Shown here in pieces: positions 8,693 to 18,309 of a stretch of 64,000 nt of DNA (its first letter is position 1; each line of letters starts with the position of its first letter). A program made the translations under genes and the position numbers. The notes beneath the pieces were generated by a model. It did not search any database and was not told where the DNA came from. It was given only the letters and a program-made list of their open reading frames with translations. The stretch spans positions 61,509-125,508 of the forward strand of contig WRLC01000001.1 of NCBI GenBank assembly GCA_009777795.1, given 5' to 3'. The stretch is from Candidatus Saccharimonadota bacterium (GTDB lineage Bacteria > Patescibacteriota > Saccharimonadia > Saccharimonadales > Saccharimonadaceae).

Positions 8693-10138
8693 ATGGCGAC
8701 ATTAGAAGATTTTCGAAATGAACGACTAAGGAAGCTGGAGGAGTTGAAGCAGTTGGGGGTAGATACTTACCCGGCAAATACGGCGCGCGATACGGAAATT
8801 GGGCGGGTGAGCGCGGACTTTGATGCGCTCGCGGGTAAAAAAGTCGTGGTGGCGGGGCGGATTATGGCGATTCGGACGTTTGGCAAGGTGGCGTTTTTGA
8901 AGTTGCGCGATTATTCGGGCGAGGTGCAGATATTTTGGCAGGGCGAGACGGCGGGTTTGAAACTGGAGCAGATCCACTTGCTAGATACCGGCGACTTCGT
9001 GGAGGCGGCGGGCGAGGTAGGCAAGACGAAGACGGGCGAGACTTCGGTGATGGCGGAAAGTGTGCGGCTGTTAACCAAGACTCTTCGGCCGCTGCCGGGG
9101 CGAGATGGTTTTACGAACAAGGAAGAGCGTTATCGCCGGCGCTATGTGGATTTGAATGTGAATTTGGATGTGCGGGAGCGTTTTGTGCGTAAGAGCAATT
9201 TCTGGACGGCGACGCGAGAGTTCTTGAATGCGAATGGCTTTATTGAGATGGATTTGCCGATTTTGGAAAAGACGACAGGCGGGGCGGACGCGACGCCGTT
9301 TATGACGCACATGGAGGCGTTGGATCAAGATTTTTATTTGAGAATCTCGCATGAATTGCCGTTGAAGCGGTTAGTCGGGGGCGGGTATGAGAGAGTTTAT
9401 AGCATCGGCGCGCGATTTCGTAATGAGGGGATGGATGACGAGCATTTGCCGGAGCATGTGGCGATGGAGTGGTATGCGGCGTACTGGGATTGGGAGCAAG
9501 GTATGGAGTTTACTGAGAAGATGGTGCGGTTTATCGCCGACATGACTTGGGGCAAGCGAGAATTTGCATTGCCGAATGGCCGGACAATTAACTTGGGGCA
9601 GGATGGCGAGGCGTATCCGCGGCTGAGTTTTGTGGGGTTGATGCGGGAGAAGTTCGGGATTGATGTGTTTAACACGACGCTGGAGCAAGTGAAGGCAAAA
9701 TGTAAGGAAAATGGGATTAAAATTGAGGATGCGGATAATGTGGGGCGGGGGGTAGACAGACTGTGGAAGAAAATCCGGGGTGAGATTGTGGGGCCGGCGT
9801 TTTTGGTTGATATTCCGGTCTTTTTGCAGCCGCTGGCGAAGCGAAGTGAGAAGGATCCGCGGCTGACTGAGCAATTTAATTTGTTGCTAGATGGGACGGA
9901 GGCTTGCAAGGCTTATTCGGAGCTGAACGATCCGCTGGACCAGCTAGAGCGGTTTAACGAGCAGCAGGCGTTGCGGGATGCGGGCGATGACGAGGCGATG
10001 ATGTTGGATTTGGATTTTGTCGAGATGTTGGAATATGGGATGCCGCCGACCTGTGGCTATGGGCACTCGGAGCGGTTGTTTTGGTTGCTTGAGGGGGTGT
10101 CGGCACGGGAGGGCTCACTCTTCCCGCCGATGAGATAA
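8693..10138 (+). CDS. lysS: Lysyl-tRNA synthetase, class II
   Basis: N-terminal OB fold (VVVAGRIMAIRTFGKVAFLKLRD) and class II motifs (YLRISHELPLKRL, FRNEGMD, GYGHSERL). Confidence 0.9.
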   Translation: MATLEDFRNERLRKLEELKQLGVDTYPANTARDTEIGRVSADFDALAGKKVVVAGRIMAIRTFGKVAFLKLRDYSGEVQIFWQGETAGLKLEQIHLLDTGDFVEAAGEVGKTKTGETSVMAESVRLLTKTLRPLPGRDGFTNKEERYRRRYVDLNVNLDVRERFVRKSNFWTATREFLNANGFIEMDLPILEKTTGGADATPFMTHMEALDQDFYLRISHELPLKRLVGGGYERVYSIGARFRNEGMDDEHLPEHVAMEWYAAYWDWEQGMEFTEKMVRFIADMTWGKREFALPNGRTINLGQDGEAYPRLSFVGLMREKFGIDVFNTTLEQVKAKCKENGIKIEDADNVGRGVDRLWKKIRGEIVGPAFLVDIPVFLQPLAKRSEKDPRLTEQFNLLLDGTEACKAYSELNDPLDQLERFNEQQALRDAGDDEAMMLDLDFVEMLEYGMPPTCGYGHSERLFWLLEGVSAREGSLFPPMR

Positions 10139-10264
10139 TTTCCAATTCTTCAGCGAACTGCTACGTCAAACTCTCCGCGTCGCGCTCTCCGTATGCTAGA
10201 TACGGTTCGCTTGGTGCTCGAGTTTTCCTTGCATTTCATCTGAATAATTGAAAATTAGGGGATA

Positions 10265-10273
10265 TGTTATAAT
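10265..10273 (+). promoter_or_regulatory. Extended -10 promoter element
   Basis: TGtTATAAT ends 8 nt before ATG 10282. No SD. Confidence 0.4.
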
Positions 10274-10281
10274 GTTAACGT

Positions 10282-10839
10282 ATGCAGACGAAGATTATTG
10301 CGATTGTGGGGATGAGTGGCTCGGGGAAGAGCGAGGCGATTGGGTATATTAAAGAGCGCGGAGTGCCGGACATTTATTTTGGTGGGATGCTCTATCGGGA
10401 GATGGATAGGCGGGGCGAGGAAAAGACGCCGGAGAACCAGCAGGTGTACCGCAAAAAATTGCGCGATGAGTTGGGGGCGGAATTTATTGCGAAGTTAGCG
10501 GCAGAGGACGCGAAGAATTTGATTGAGGCTGGGCAGAAGCGTATCTTATTTGACGGGCTTTACTCTTGGAGTGAGTTTCGCTATTTGAAGCATGAGTTCC
10601 CGGGAGCGCTGACGGTGGTGGCGGTGGTGGCGCCGCGGGAGTTGCGCTATCGGCGGCTAGCGAATCGGCCGGAGCGGCCGTTTACGAAAGAGCAAGCTTT
10701 CCGGCGCGACGTGTCGGAAATCGAGGAGATTGAAAAGGGCGGCCCGATTGCGATGGCGGATTACTATGTGCTAAACGACGGTAGCTTGGAGAATATGCAA
10801 GAGCAGCTAAAGAAGATTCTGATTGAAATCGACTTCTAA
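10282..10839 (+). CDS. P-loop nucleotide kinase (dephospho-CoA kinase / dNMP kinase-like)
   Basis: Walker A IVGMSGSGKSE at the N-terminus and small size (185 aa). Exact substrate not inferable. Confidence 0.45.
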   Translation: MQTKIIAIVGMSGSGKSEAIGYIKERGVPDIYFGGMLYREMDRRGEEKTPENQQVYRKKLRDELGAEFIAKLAAEDAKNLIEAGQKRILFDGLYSWSEFRYLKHEFPGALTVVAVVAPRELRYRRLANRPERPFTKEQAFRRDVSEIEEIEKGGPIAMADYYVLNDGSLENMQEQLKKILIEIDF

Positions 10840-10853
10840 TAAGCTTATGGTTT

Positions 10854-10862
10854 TGGTATAAT
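10854..10862 (+). promoter_or_regulatory. Extended -10 promoter element
   Basis: TGgTATAAT ends 9 nt before ATG 10872. No SD. Confidence 0.4.
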
Positions 10863-10871
10863 GTGTAGTAT

Positions 10872-13319
10872 ATGGATTTCTACGATTTGACGGTGGAGGC
10901 GGCGGCGAGCGCGGTTAAGGTGGATTTGGAGCGGGGGCTGTCGGAGGCGGAGGTGTTGAAGCGGCAGAAAGGTCATGGCAAGAATGAGCTAAAAATCAGG
11001 GTTGAGCCGTGGTGGCGGAAGGTAATCGAGCCGTTTTTGGATGTCTTTATGGGGGTGTTGGCGCTGGCGCTGGCAATCTCGATATGGCATGGCGACATGA
11101 TTGAGGCGGTTTTGATTGGGGCGATTATCTTAATCAACGCGATAATTTATTATGTGCAGCGGTTTTCGACGGAGCGGATTGTGCGGGGGTTGAAGAAGCA
11201 GACGATTGATGATATTTTTGTTTTTCGTAGCGGTAAATGGGCGGAGGTGCCCAGCACCGAGCTGGTGGTGGGCGATATTGTGCGCTTTACCGAGGGTGAA
11301 AAAATTGCGGCCGACTGCCGGGTGCTGGCGGAAAAGAGTGCGTTGGTCGACGAGTCGATTTTGACGGGCGAGAGTGAGCGGGTGCGGAAGAAGTCGAAGG
11401 CTTTGCCGGATGGCTTGGAAGTTTACGACCAGAACAACATGTTGTTTTCGGGTTCGTTTTTGGTGGCGGGCGAGATAACGGCGCTGGTGGTGCGGATTGG
11501 CAATGCTACGGAATTTGGCCAGATTGCGGCGCTGGCGGCGAGCAGCAAGAAGCACCAAAGTCCGGTGCAGACGAAGATTAACCAACTGATTAAGGTGATT
11601 GCGATTATCGTAGGGGTGATGAGCGCGTTGGTGCTGGGCTTGCAGCTACTTAGAGGGGTTGGCTTTGTGGAGGCGACGCAGTTTGTCTTGGCGATGGCGG
11701 TCTCGGCGGTGCCGGAAGGCTTGCCGGTAGCGATTGCGGTGATTTTGGCGCTGGGTATCCAGCGGATGGCGAAGAAAAAAGCGTTGGTGACCAACATGCG
11801 GGCGATTGAGACGATTGGGGCGATTACGGCCATAGCGACGGACAAGACGGGGACGTTGACGGAGAACCGCTTGACGGTGCAGGATGTTTGGAGTTTGGGG
11901 AATGACCGGCGGTTTGCGAAATTGTACGGGGCTTTGGCGAGCGCGGTGGTGCTGGAAAGCCCGGATCCGCTGGACGGGGCGTTTTTGGCGAACTTGAGTT
12001 TAGTCAAGGCCGATTTGCCGAAAAGTGAGCCGGCGAGGGTGTTCCCGTTTGAGCAGGGCTTGACGATGAGTGGTAATTTGTGGTACGAGGGGTCGGGATT
12101 TCGGCTGGTGGTGAAGGGGGCGCCGGAGCGGTTGATTGGACTGGCGGATTTGACGGCGCGCGAGACGGAAGATGTGGAGGAGCAGCTACTAAATTGGACA
12201 CGGCAGGGCTACCGGGTGCTGGCGGTGGCCGAGAGGAAGCTGGCGACGAATGTCCGGACACTCAAGGCGGCGATAACAGGGGTCGCGGCGGGTGATGGTA
12301 AGGTGAAATTGATTGGTTTGGTGGCGGTGGCCGACCAAATCAGGAGGGAAAGCAAGAGCTCGATTAAGGCGGCGCGGGCAGCGGGGGTGCGGGTTTGCAT
12401 GATTACGGGCGACCACGCTGAGACGGCGCTGGCGGTGGGGCGGCAGTTGGGGTTGGCGGAGGAAGATATTTTCGCGCGAGTGACGCCGGAGGAGAAACTG
12501 GAGATTTTGGCGGAGCTGGAGAAAAGTAATATCACGGCGATGACGGGCGACGGCGTGAATGATGTGCCGGCGTTGGCGCAGGCGCATATTGGGATTGCGA
12601 TGGGCGATAGCACGCCGGTGGTGAAGGATGCGGGCGACATGATTTTGTTGGACAATAATTTCAAGAATATTGTGGAGGCGATGCGCGAGGGCCGGGCGAT
12701 TGTGGCGAATGTGCGGCGGATGTTGATTTACTTGTTGTCGACCAACGCAGGCGAGGTGCTGGTGATACTCGGGGCATTGCTAATGGGGGTGCCGGTGCCG
12801 CTTTTGCCGCTGCAAATTCTGTGGATTAACTTGGTGACCGACTCGTGTTTGGTGATTCCGCTGGGGTTGGAAAAGCCGGAGCGGAATGTGATGGAGGAGA
12901 AGCCGCAGAGGTTCGATGCGCCGCTGCTTAGTCGGGGGCAGGTGATGCGGATTGTGGTGGCGGCGTTGTTTATGGCGGCGTTGGCGCTGGGCGTTTATTT
13001 GATTTTCGCTTATCGATATAGTTTTGCGGTGGGGGCGACGTTGGCCTTTCAGACGTTGGTGGTGGTGCAATGGGCGCGGGCGATAAGCATGAGGAGTTTC
13101 AGCGAGCCGGCTTGGAAGCGGATACGAGTGCGTTCGCGGCCGTTTGTGATTGGACTAATGGCAGCGATTTTGGCGCAGATTTTGGCTTTGACAACGCCGC
13201 TAGCGACAGCGCTAGGGGTGAATCAGGTGCCGCTCTATGCGTTAATTGGGGTGTCGGTAATAACATTTACGTTAATGCTAATAGTAGTTGAATTACAGAA
13301 GAAATTTGCTAAAATATGA
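10872..13319 (+). CDS. P-type (P2-like) cation-transporting ATPase
   Basis: Contains DKTGTLT phosphorylation site, PEGLP ion-path motif, TGDHAETA and MTGDGVNDVPAL hinge, plus about 10 TM helices. Confidence 0.9.
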   Translation: MDFYDLTVEAAASAVKVDLERGLSEAEVLKRQKGHGKNELKIRVEPWWRKVIEPFLDVFMGVLALALAISIWHGDMIEAVLIGAIILINAIIYYVQRFSTERIVRGLKKQTIDDIFVFRSGKWAEVPSTELVVGDIVRFTEGEKIAADCRVLAEKSALVDESILTGESERVRKKSKALPDGLEVYDQNNMLFSGSFLVAGEITALVVRIGNATEFGQIAALAASSKKHQSPVQTKINQLIKVIAIIVGVMSALVLGLQLLRGVGFVEATQFVLAMAVSAVPEGLPVAIAVILALGIQRMAKKKALVTNMRAIETIGAITAIATDKTGTLTENRLTVQDVWSLGNDRRFAKLYGALASAVVLESPDPLDGAFLANLSLVKADLPKSEPARVFPFEQGLTMSGNLWYEGSGFRLVVKGAPERLIGLADLTARETEDVEEQLLNWTRQGYRVLAVAERKLATNVRTLKAAITGVAAGDGKVKLIGLVAVADQIRRESKSSIKAARAAGVRVCMITGDHAETALAVGRQLGLAEEDIFARVTPEEKLEILAELEKSNITAMTGDGVNDVPALAQAHIGIAMGDSTPVVKDAGDMILLDNNFKNIVEAMREGRAIVANVRRMLIYLLSTNAGEVLVILGALLMGVPVPLLPLQILWINLVTDSCLVIPLGLEKPERNVMEEKPQRFDAPLLSRGQVMRIVVAALFMAALALGVYLIFAYRYSFAVGATLAFQTLVVVQWARAISMRSFSEPAWKRIRVRSRPFVIGLMAAILAQILALTTPLATALGVNQVPLYALIGVSVITFTLMLIVVELQKKFAKI

Positions 13320-14311
13320 GTATGAGGACGGTGGGCGAGGTACAACTAGAAATTGATTACTCGGACTATTTGAGTGTGGCGCAGATTTATTTGCAGGATA
13401 ATTTTGATTTGGCGCGACCCTTGAGGGCGGCGGACATCAAGCCGCGGCTACTGGGCCACTGGGGAACTTGCCATGGGATTAGCGCGGCGCGGGCGAATTT
13501 GCGGGATTTTGAGTCGGTGTTTGCCGAGCGGCTGGGGATTAGTGATTTTCGATTTGTGGTGGGTGTGGGGCATGGCTTTGCGGCGGTGCAGGCGGATTTT
13601 TGGTTGGATGGGACGCTGGAGGCAGTGCACGGGGGTGAAATTAGTTTGGCGACTTTGTGCAAGCAGTTTTCATGGCCGCATGGCTATCCGTCGCACACCA
13701 ATCCGCTGACGCCGAAGACGATTTTGGAGGGCGGGGAGCTGGGTTATTCGCTGAGTGTGGCCTATGGGGCGGCGCTGGACGCGCCGGAGCGGATGTGCGC
13801 GGTGATAATTGGCGATGGCGAGATGGAGACGGGGACGATTTTGGCGAGCATGAATTTGAATAAGCTACTGAATATGCGAGATAATGGGATTGTGCTGCCG
13901 ATTTTGCATTTGAATGGCTATAAGATTTCGCAGCCGTCGATTTATGCAAGGATAAGCGAAAAGGAATTGTCGGATTTGATTAGTGGGTTTGGTTATGCAC
14001 CTCTATTTGTGGACGGAGACAAGGTGGAGGAGTGGCGAGAGGTACTTGATAAATGCGTGAAAATGTGGTATAATGAGCGTCAGGGGCAAAATGGGCGGAT
14101 GCCGTTTATCGTGATGAAGACGCCAAAGGGTGAGGGGACGCCGAGGGCGGCGAATGGTCAGGAGATTGCAGGGACGGCGAGGAGCCATCAGGTGCCGTTT
14201 GGGCGGGCGAAGACGGACGAGGAAGATTTGAAGTTGCTCGAAAAATGGTTGAAATCGTATAAGTTTACGCCGGCGAAATGCGAGAAATTACGAAAGGCAC
14301 TACGTGGATAG
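13316..14311 (+). CDS. xfp: Phosphoketolase, N-terminal (PP-domain) part of a split gene
   Basis: Contains YLSVAQIYLQDN...IKPRLLGHWGT, GDGEMETG ThDP motif and LPILHLNGYKISQPS, which is the canonical Xfp N-terminal third. Ends at TAG 14309-14311. Confidence 0.8.
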   Translation: MSMRTVGEVQLEIDYSDYLSVAQIYLQDNFDLARPLRAADIKPRLLGHWGTCHGISAARANLRDFESVFAERLGISDFRFVVGVGHGFAAVQADFWLDGTLEAVHGGEISLATLCKQFSWPHGYPSHTNPLTPKTILEGGELGYSLSVAYGAALDAPERMCAVIIGDGEMETGTILASMNLNKLLNMRDNGIVLPILHLNGYKISQPSIYARISEKELSDLISGFGYAPLFVDGDKVEEWREVLDKCVKMWYNERQGQNGRMPFIVMKTPKGEGTPRAANGQEIAGTARSHQVPFGRAKTDEEDLKLLEKWLKSYKFTPAKCEKLRKALRG

Positions 14312-15581
14312 GGTGGATGAGGTCTATGAGATTGGGCGGGAGAAGTTTTCGAGCGCGGTGAGGATTGGCGAGTGGCTGCGGAATTTGATGGCCGAGCGGG
14401 CGCCGATGCGGGATGTGCGGCTGTTTAGCCCGGACGAGACGGAGAGCAATAAGTTGGACGCGGTGTTTGCGAGCACGCGGCGGGCGTGGCAGCGGGAGAT
14501 TTTGGCGACGGACGAAAACTTGGCGCCGAATGGTCGGGTGGTGGAGCTCTTGAGCGAAAATACTTTGTTCGGCTTGGCGATGGGCTATTCGCTAACGGGG
14601 CGGAAGGCATTTATGACGAGTTATGAGGCGTTTTTGCCGATTATTGCGAGCCAAGCAGACCAGTATATGAAGTTTTTGGCTGGCGCAAAGATGGAGAATG
14701 CGCCGGTGGCGGCGGAGGTCCGACCGCTCGAGGCCCTGCAGGATTTTCCGGCTATCACGATACTGTCGACGAGTGTGGGTTGGCGGCAGGATCATAATGG
14801 TTATAGCCATCAGAACCCGAGTTTTATGGCGAGTTTGCTGGTGAAGCCGAGTCGGAAGGCGAATTGTTATTTTCCGGTGGATGATGTGGCGGCGATAGCG
14901 GCGATGGAGGACGCGGTGCGGCAGACGAACAAGATAAATTTGTTGACTTATGATAAAAATGAGAATCCGCGTTGGATTGACAGCAATCATGCGGAGTTTC
15001 AGCTGCGAAATGGCGGGTTGTCGGTGTTTGAGTTTGCGAGTAGCCGGCAGGCGCCGGAGATTGTTTGCGCGGGGTGCGGTGATATTATGAGCCGCGAGAT
15101 GTTGTATGCGATGCAGATTGTGCGGCAATATTTTCCGAAGTTGGCGCTGCGGTTTGTGGGGATTGGGGCGCTTAGCCACGGGGCGTTTGGGACGGTCGAA
15201 CGCCCGGCAAGTCAGGAATTGTTTGACGAGTATTTTGGCCAGAAAACGCCGATTGTGGCGGCGTTTCATGGTTATGCGGAGACGTTGGCGGCGATTTTTG
15301 GGCGATATACGAATCCGCGGCGAGTGCTGCTTCGGGGTTATGAGGAAAAGGGGTCGACGACAACGCCGCTGGACATGTTGATGCTGAACCGGGCGAGCCG
15401 CTATGATTTGGCGCTTGACATCTTGAAAGTTGGGCTGTTCTACGGTATAGTGGATAGAGAGGTGGCGGCGGAGGCGGCGCGTGAGCTTTTGCGCGAGCGA
15501 GAACTAGCCGGACAATATATAATTAAGCACGGCAAAGATCGTGAGAAAGATGTAAAATGGCAATACAAAATTCAATCTTAG
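14304..15581 (+). CDS. xfp: Phosphoketolase, middle and C-terminal part of a split gene
   Basis: GTG start overlaps the upstream stop (GTGGATAG). Contains RLFSPDETESNKLDAVF, WRQDHNGYSHQNPSF and a C-terminal domain, matching Xfp residues from about 380 onward. Confidence 0.8.
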   Translation: MDRVDEVYEIGREKFSSAVRIGEWLRNLMAERAPMRDVRLFSPDETESNKLDAVFASTRRAWQREILATDENLAPNGRVVELLSENTLFGLAMGYSLTGRKAFMTSYEAFLPIIASQADQYMKFLAGAKMENAPVAAEVRPLEALQDFPAITILSTSVGWRQDHNGYSHQNPSFMASLLVKPSRKANCYFPVDDVAAIAAMEDAVRQTNKINLLTYDKNENPRWIDSNHAEFQLRNGGLSVFEFASSRQAPEIVCAGCGDIMSREMLYAMQIVRQYFPKLALRFVGIGALSHGAFGTVERPASQELFDEYFGQKTPIVAAFHGYAETLAAIFGRYTNPRRVLLRGYEEKGSTTTPLDMLMLNRASRYDLALDILKVGLFYGIVDREVAAEAARELLRERELAGQYIIKHGKDREKDVKWQYKIQS

Positions 15582-16777
15582 TGTTAAATCCGGGCAGTTC
15601 GAGCCGGAAATATGCGTATTATGAGGATGGGGCGGAGGTGTTGACGCTGCATTTTGAGCCGGAGGGGGACCAATTTGTCTGTACGATGGAGAGAAACGGC
15701 GAAAAGACGAAAAAGGTGGTCGGCGCGATGTGCGGCGATTGCAAAATGAAGGAAATTCGGCAGGCGATTGAGTTGGTGCCGGAGATTTTGGCAGAATATG
15801 GGGTACAGTTAGACGAAGACCCGGAGAAAAAGGGTGTGCAGGCGGCGGGCGATTTTATAATTGCGGTGCGGTTGGTCGGGCCGACGGATTATTTTGCGGA
15901 AAATCATTTGGTGGATGATGAGTTTATGGAGAAATTGGCGCAGGTGGCGGAGCTGGCGCCGCTACATGTGCCGGTAGTCTTGGCAGAAATTGAAGACGCG
16001 CGGAAGATTTTCAAGGGGTCGAGGATGCTGGCGATTTCGGATAGCCGGTTCCACCGGACGCAGCCGGAGGTGCAGGAATACTATGCGATTAGCCGGAAAC
16101 TGGCGGACGAATTTGGTGTGAAGCGGTTTGGCTACCATGGTATCTCGGTGTCGGCGGCGGTGCGAAAATTGCAAAACGAGGACAAGTTGAAGCCGCGGAT
16201 GGCGATTTGCCATTTGGGGTCGGGGGCGTCGATTACGGCGGTGAAGGATGGCAAAAGTTGGGGCAACTCGATGGGCGTGACGCCGCTGGATGGGCTGATG
16301 ATGGCGACGCGGGCGGGGTCGATTGATCCGTCGGCACTATTGGTGCTACAGCGGGCGCTGGAGCTAAAAAGTTTGGATTTTGAGAAGTATTTGAATAAGG
16401 AATGTGGTTTCCGCGGAGTGGCGGGCGATGACGATATGCGAAATGTTGAGCGAGCGGCGGACGAGGGCGACAAGGAGGCGATTTTTGCGTTGGATTTGTA
16501 CCGACAAAAAGTGGTCGAGGGCGTGGCAAAAGCGGCAGCGGCGATGGGCGGGCTGGATGCGGTGGTCTTTACGGCGACGGTTGGTGAGCGCGGGGCAGAA
16601 GCGCGAGCGGGGATTGTTGAGGGACTAGAGTTTCTAGGCTTTGAGCTTGACGAAGAGAAAAACGGGCGCGGTTTGGATGGGGCGCAGTTAGCGAATGTGG
16701 CGAAAGGCCGCAAGCCGATTTATATCGTGAAGACGAATGAGGCGACGGAGATTGCCTTGCAGGCGAGCCTGATGTGA
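15557..16777 (+). CDS. ackA: Acetate kinase
   Basis: Contains VLNPGSSSRKY, FGYHGISV and HLGSGASITAVKDGKSWGNSMGVTPLDGLMMATRAGSIDP. Confidence 0.9.
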   Translation: MAIQNSILVLNPGSSSRKYAYYEDGAEVLTLHFEPEGDQFVCTMERNGEKTKKVVGAMCGDCKMKEIRQAIELVPEILAEYGVQLDEDPEKKGVQAAGDFIIAVRLVGPTDYFAENHLVDDEFMEKLAQVAELAPLHVPVVLAEIEDARKIFKGSRMLAISDSRFHRTQPEVQEYYAISRKLADEFGVKRFGYHGISVSAAVRKLQNEDKLKPRMAICHLGSGASITAVKDGKSWGNSMGVTPLDGLMMATRAGSIDPSALLVLQRALELKSLDFEKYLNKECGFRGVAGDDDMRNVERAADEGDKEAIFALDLYRQKVVEGVAKAAAAMGGLDAVVFTATVGERGAEARAGIVEGLEFLGFELDEEKNGRGLDGAQLANVAKGRKPIYIVKTNEATEIALQASLM

Positions 16778-17109
16778 TTTTGTATCTGGATACGCTAGGG
16801 GCGGAGGCGAAGATTTGGTTGGAGGATGAGCCGAAAGTCCGGACTTTGGGGCGGAAGATGAGCGATGAGCTGCTGGGTTTTGTGATGGATACGTTGAATG
16901 GGGAGGAGCCGAGTGGAATTGTGGTGCATCGCGATAAAGGGAGTTTCACGGGGGCGCGTTTGGGAATGGCGCTGGCGAATACTTTGGCGGAGCTATATAA
17001 AATACCGATTGTGGGAGCGAGTGGTGAGGGCGAGGATTGGCGGGCGGTGGGGCGCGAGCGGTTGGTGGCGGGAGAAAATGACGGTATGGTGGAGCCGGAG
17101 TATGATTAG
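16774..17109 (+). CDS. Short TsaB/YeaZ-like protein (t6A pathway), truncated relative to typical homologs
   Basis: ILYLDTLGAEAKIWL and GSFTGARLGMALANTLA resemble the TsaB N-terminal half. Only 111 aa. Confidence 0.4.
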   Translation: MILYLDTLGAEAKIWLEDEPKVRTLGRKMSDELLGFVMDTLNGEEPSGIVVHRDKGSFTGARLGMALANTLAELYKIPIVGASGEGEDWRAVGRERLVAGENDGMVEPEYD

Positions 17110-17129
17110 CTTGCCTTCGATTTTGCTTA

Positions 17130-17138
17130 TGATATAAT
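17130..17138 (+). promoter_or_regulatory. Extended -10 promoter element
   Basis: TGaTATAAT ends 6 nt before ATG 17145. No SD, so a leaderless transcript is predicted. Confidence 0.4.
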
Positions 17139-17144
17139 TAGGGC

Positions 17145-17624
17145 ATGGAGCAGAAGAAAATTATTGTGATTGAGGATGACGTGGCGTTGGCGGAGATTTA
17201 TGCGGTGAAGCTACGGGCGGGCGGCCAGAATAATGTTTTGGTGGCGCATGATGGCGATGCGGGGCTGTCGTTAATCCAGCGGGAGAAGCCGGATTTGGTA
17301 ATCTCGGATGTGATGATGCCGAAGATGAGTGGTTTTGATATGTTGGATATTTTGCGATCGAGCCCGGACACGGCAGAGACGCGGGTGATTTTGATGACGG
17401 CGCTGTCGGGCGAGGCGGAAAAGGCGCGCGGTGAGGGTTTGAAGGCGGACAAATATTTTGTGAAGTCAGCGGCGACGATTGATGATTTGGTGTCGGCGGC
17501 TTTTGAGTTGTTGGTGCAGTTGGCGCCGACGACAGCGACGCCAGCAATGACACCGCCGCCAACGCAGGCGGTGGTTTCGAGTGCGACGGTGGGAGAACAG
17601 CCGGTTTTCAATGCGCCTAAATAA
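17145..17624 (+). CDS. Stand-alone response regulator receiver (CheY-like) with Pro/Thr-rich tail
   Basis: Contains KIIVIEDD, phospho-acceptor context DLVISDVMMPKMSG, and K in ADKYFVKS. Confidence 0.8.
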   Translation: MEQKKIIVIEDDVALAEIYAVKLRAGGQNNVLVAHDGDAGLSLIQREKPDLVISDVMMPKMSGFDMLDILRSSPDTAETRVILMTALSGEAEKARGEGLKADKYFVKSAATIDDLVSAAFELLVQLAPTTATPAMTPPPTQAVVSSATVGEQPVFNAPK

Positions 17625-18309
17625 GTTTTTGGCGGAGAACCTAGGGGTGTCGAGGAGGAAGGCGGATGACCTAATCGCGGCCGGCCGTGTGCGAGTGTCC
17701 GGACACTCAGAACAGAGGGAAAATGGCAGTGCCGGGCGTTCGGCGGTGCTGGGAGAGCGGGTAAATGAGGGCGATGAGGTTTGGTTAGATGGCAAAAAAG
17801 TTGAGGCGGTGGCGGCGAAAACTTATTTGGCGATGAACAAGCCGGTGGGTTATGCGAGCAGCCGGCGGGCGCAAAATGGCAAGACGCTTTATGAGTTGTT
17901 GCCGGAAAAATATCGCAGTTTGAAGACGGTGGGGCGGCTGGATAAGGAGAGTTCGGGGCTGATTTTGTTGACCGATGACGGGGATTTTAATTTTCGGATG
18001 ACGCACCCGAGTTTTGGCAAGGTGAAGGTTTATGAGGTGGAGCTGGAGCGGGCGCTGGAGCCGTTGCACCAGCAGATGATTAGCGATTTTGGGATTGATT
18101 TGCCGGACGGAAAGAGTAAATTGGGGCTAACAAGGATGGGTGAGGGACGGAAGCGCTGGCGGGTGGAGATGAGCGAGGGGCGGAATCGGCAGATTCGGCG
18201 GACTTTTGGGGCGTTGGGCTATACGGTGGTGAAGCTGGAGCGGACGCAGTTTGGCAAATACCAGCTGGGTGTGCTAAAGCCGGGCGAATATGATATAATT
18301 GAGCTATGA
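17611..18309 (+). CDS. Pseudouridine synthase, RsuA/RluB family
   Basis: S4 domain RLNKFLAENLGVSRRKADDLIAAGRVRV and catalytic GRLDKESSGLILLTDDG. ATG 17611 preferred over track start 17581. Confidence 0.8.
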   Translation: MRLNKFLAENLGVSRRKADDLIAAGRVRVSGHSEQRENGSAGRSAVLGERVNEGDEVWLDGKKVEAVAAKTYLAMNKPVGYASSRRAQNGKTLYELLPEKYRSLKTVGRLDKESSGLILLTDDGDFNFRMTHPSFGKVKVYEVELERALEPLHQQMISDFGIDLPDGKSKLGLTRMGEGRKRWRVEMSEGRNRQIRRTFGALGYTVVKLERTQFGKYQLGVLKPGEYDIIEL

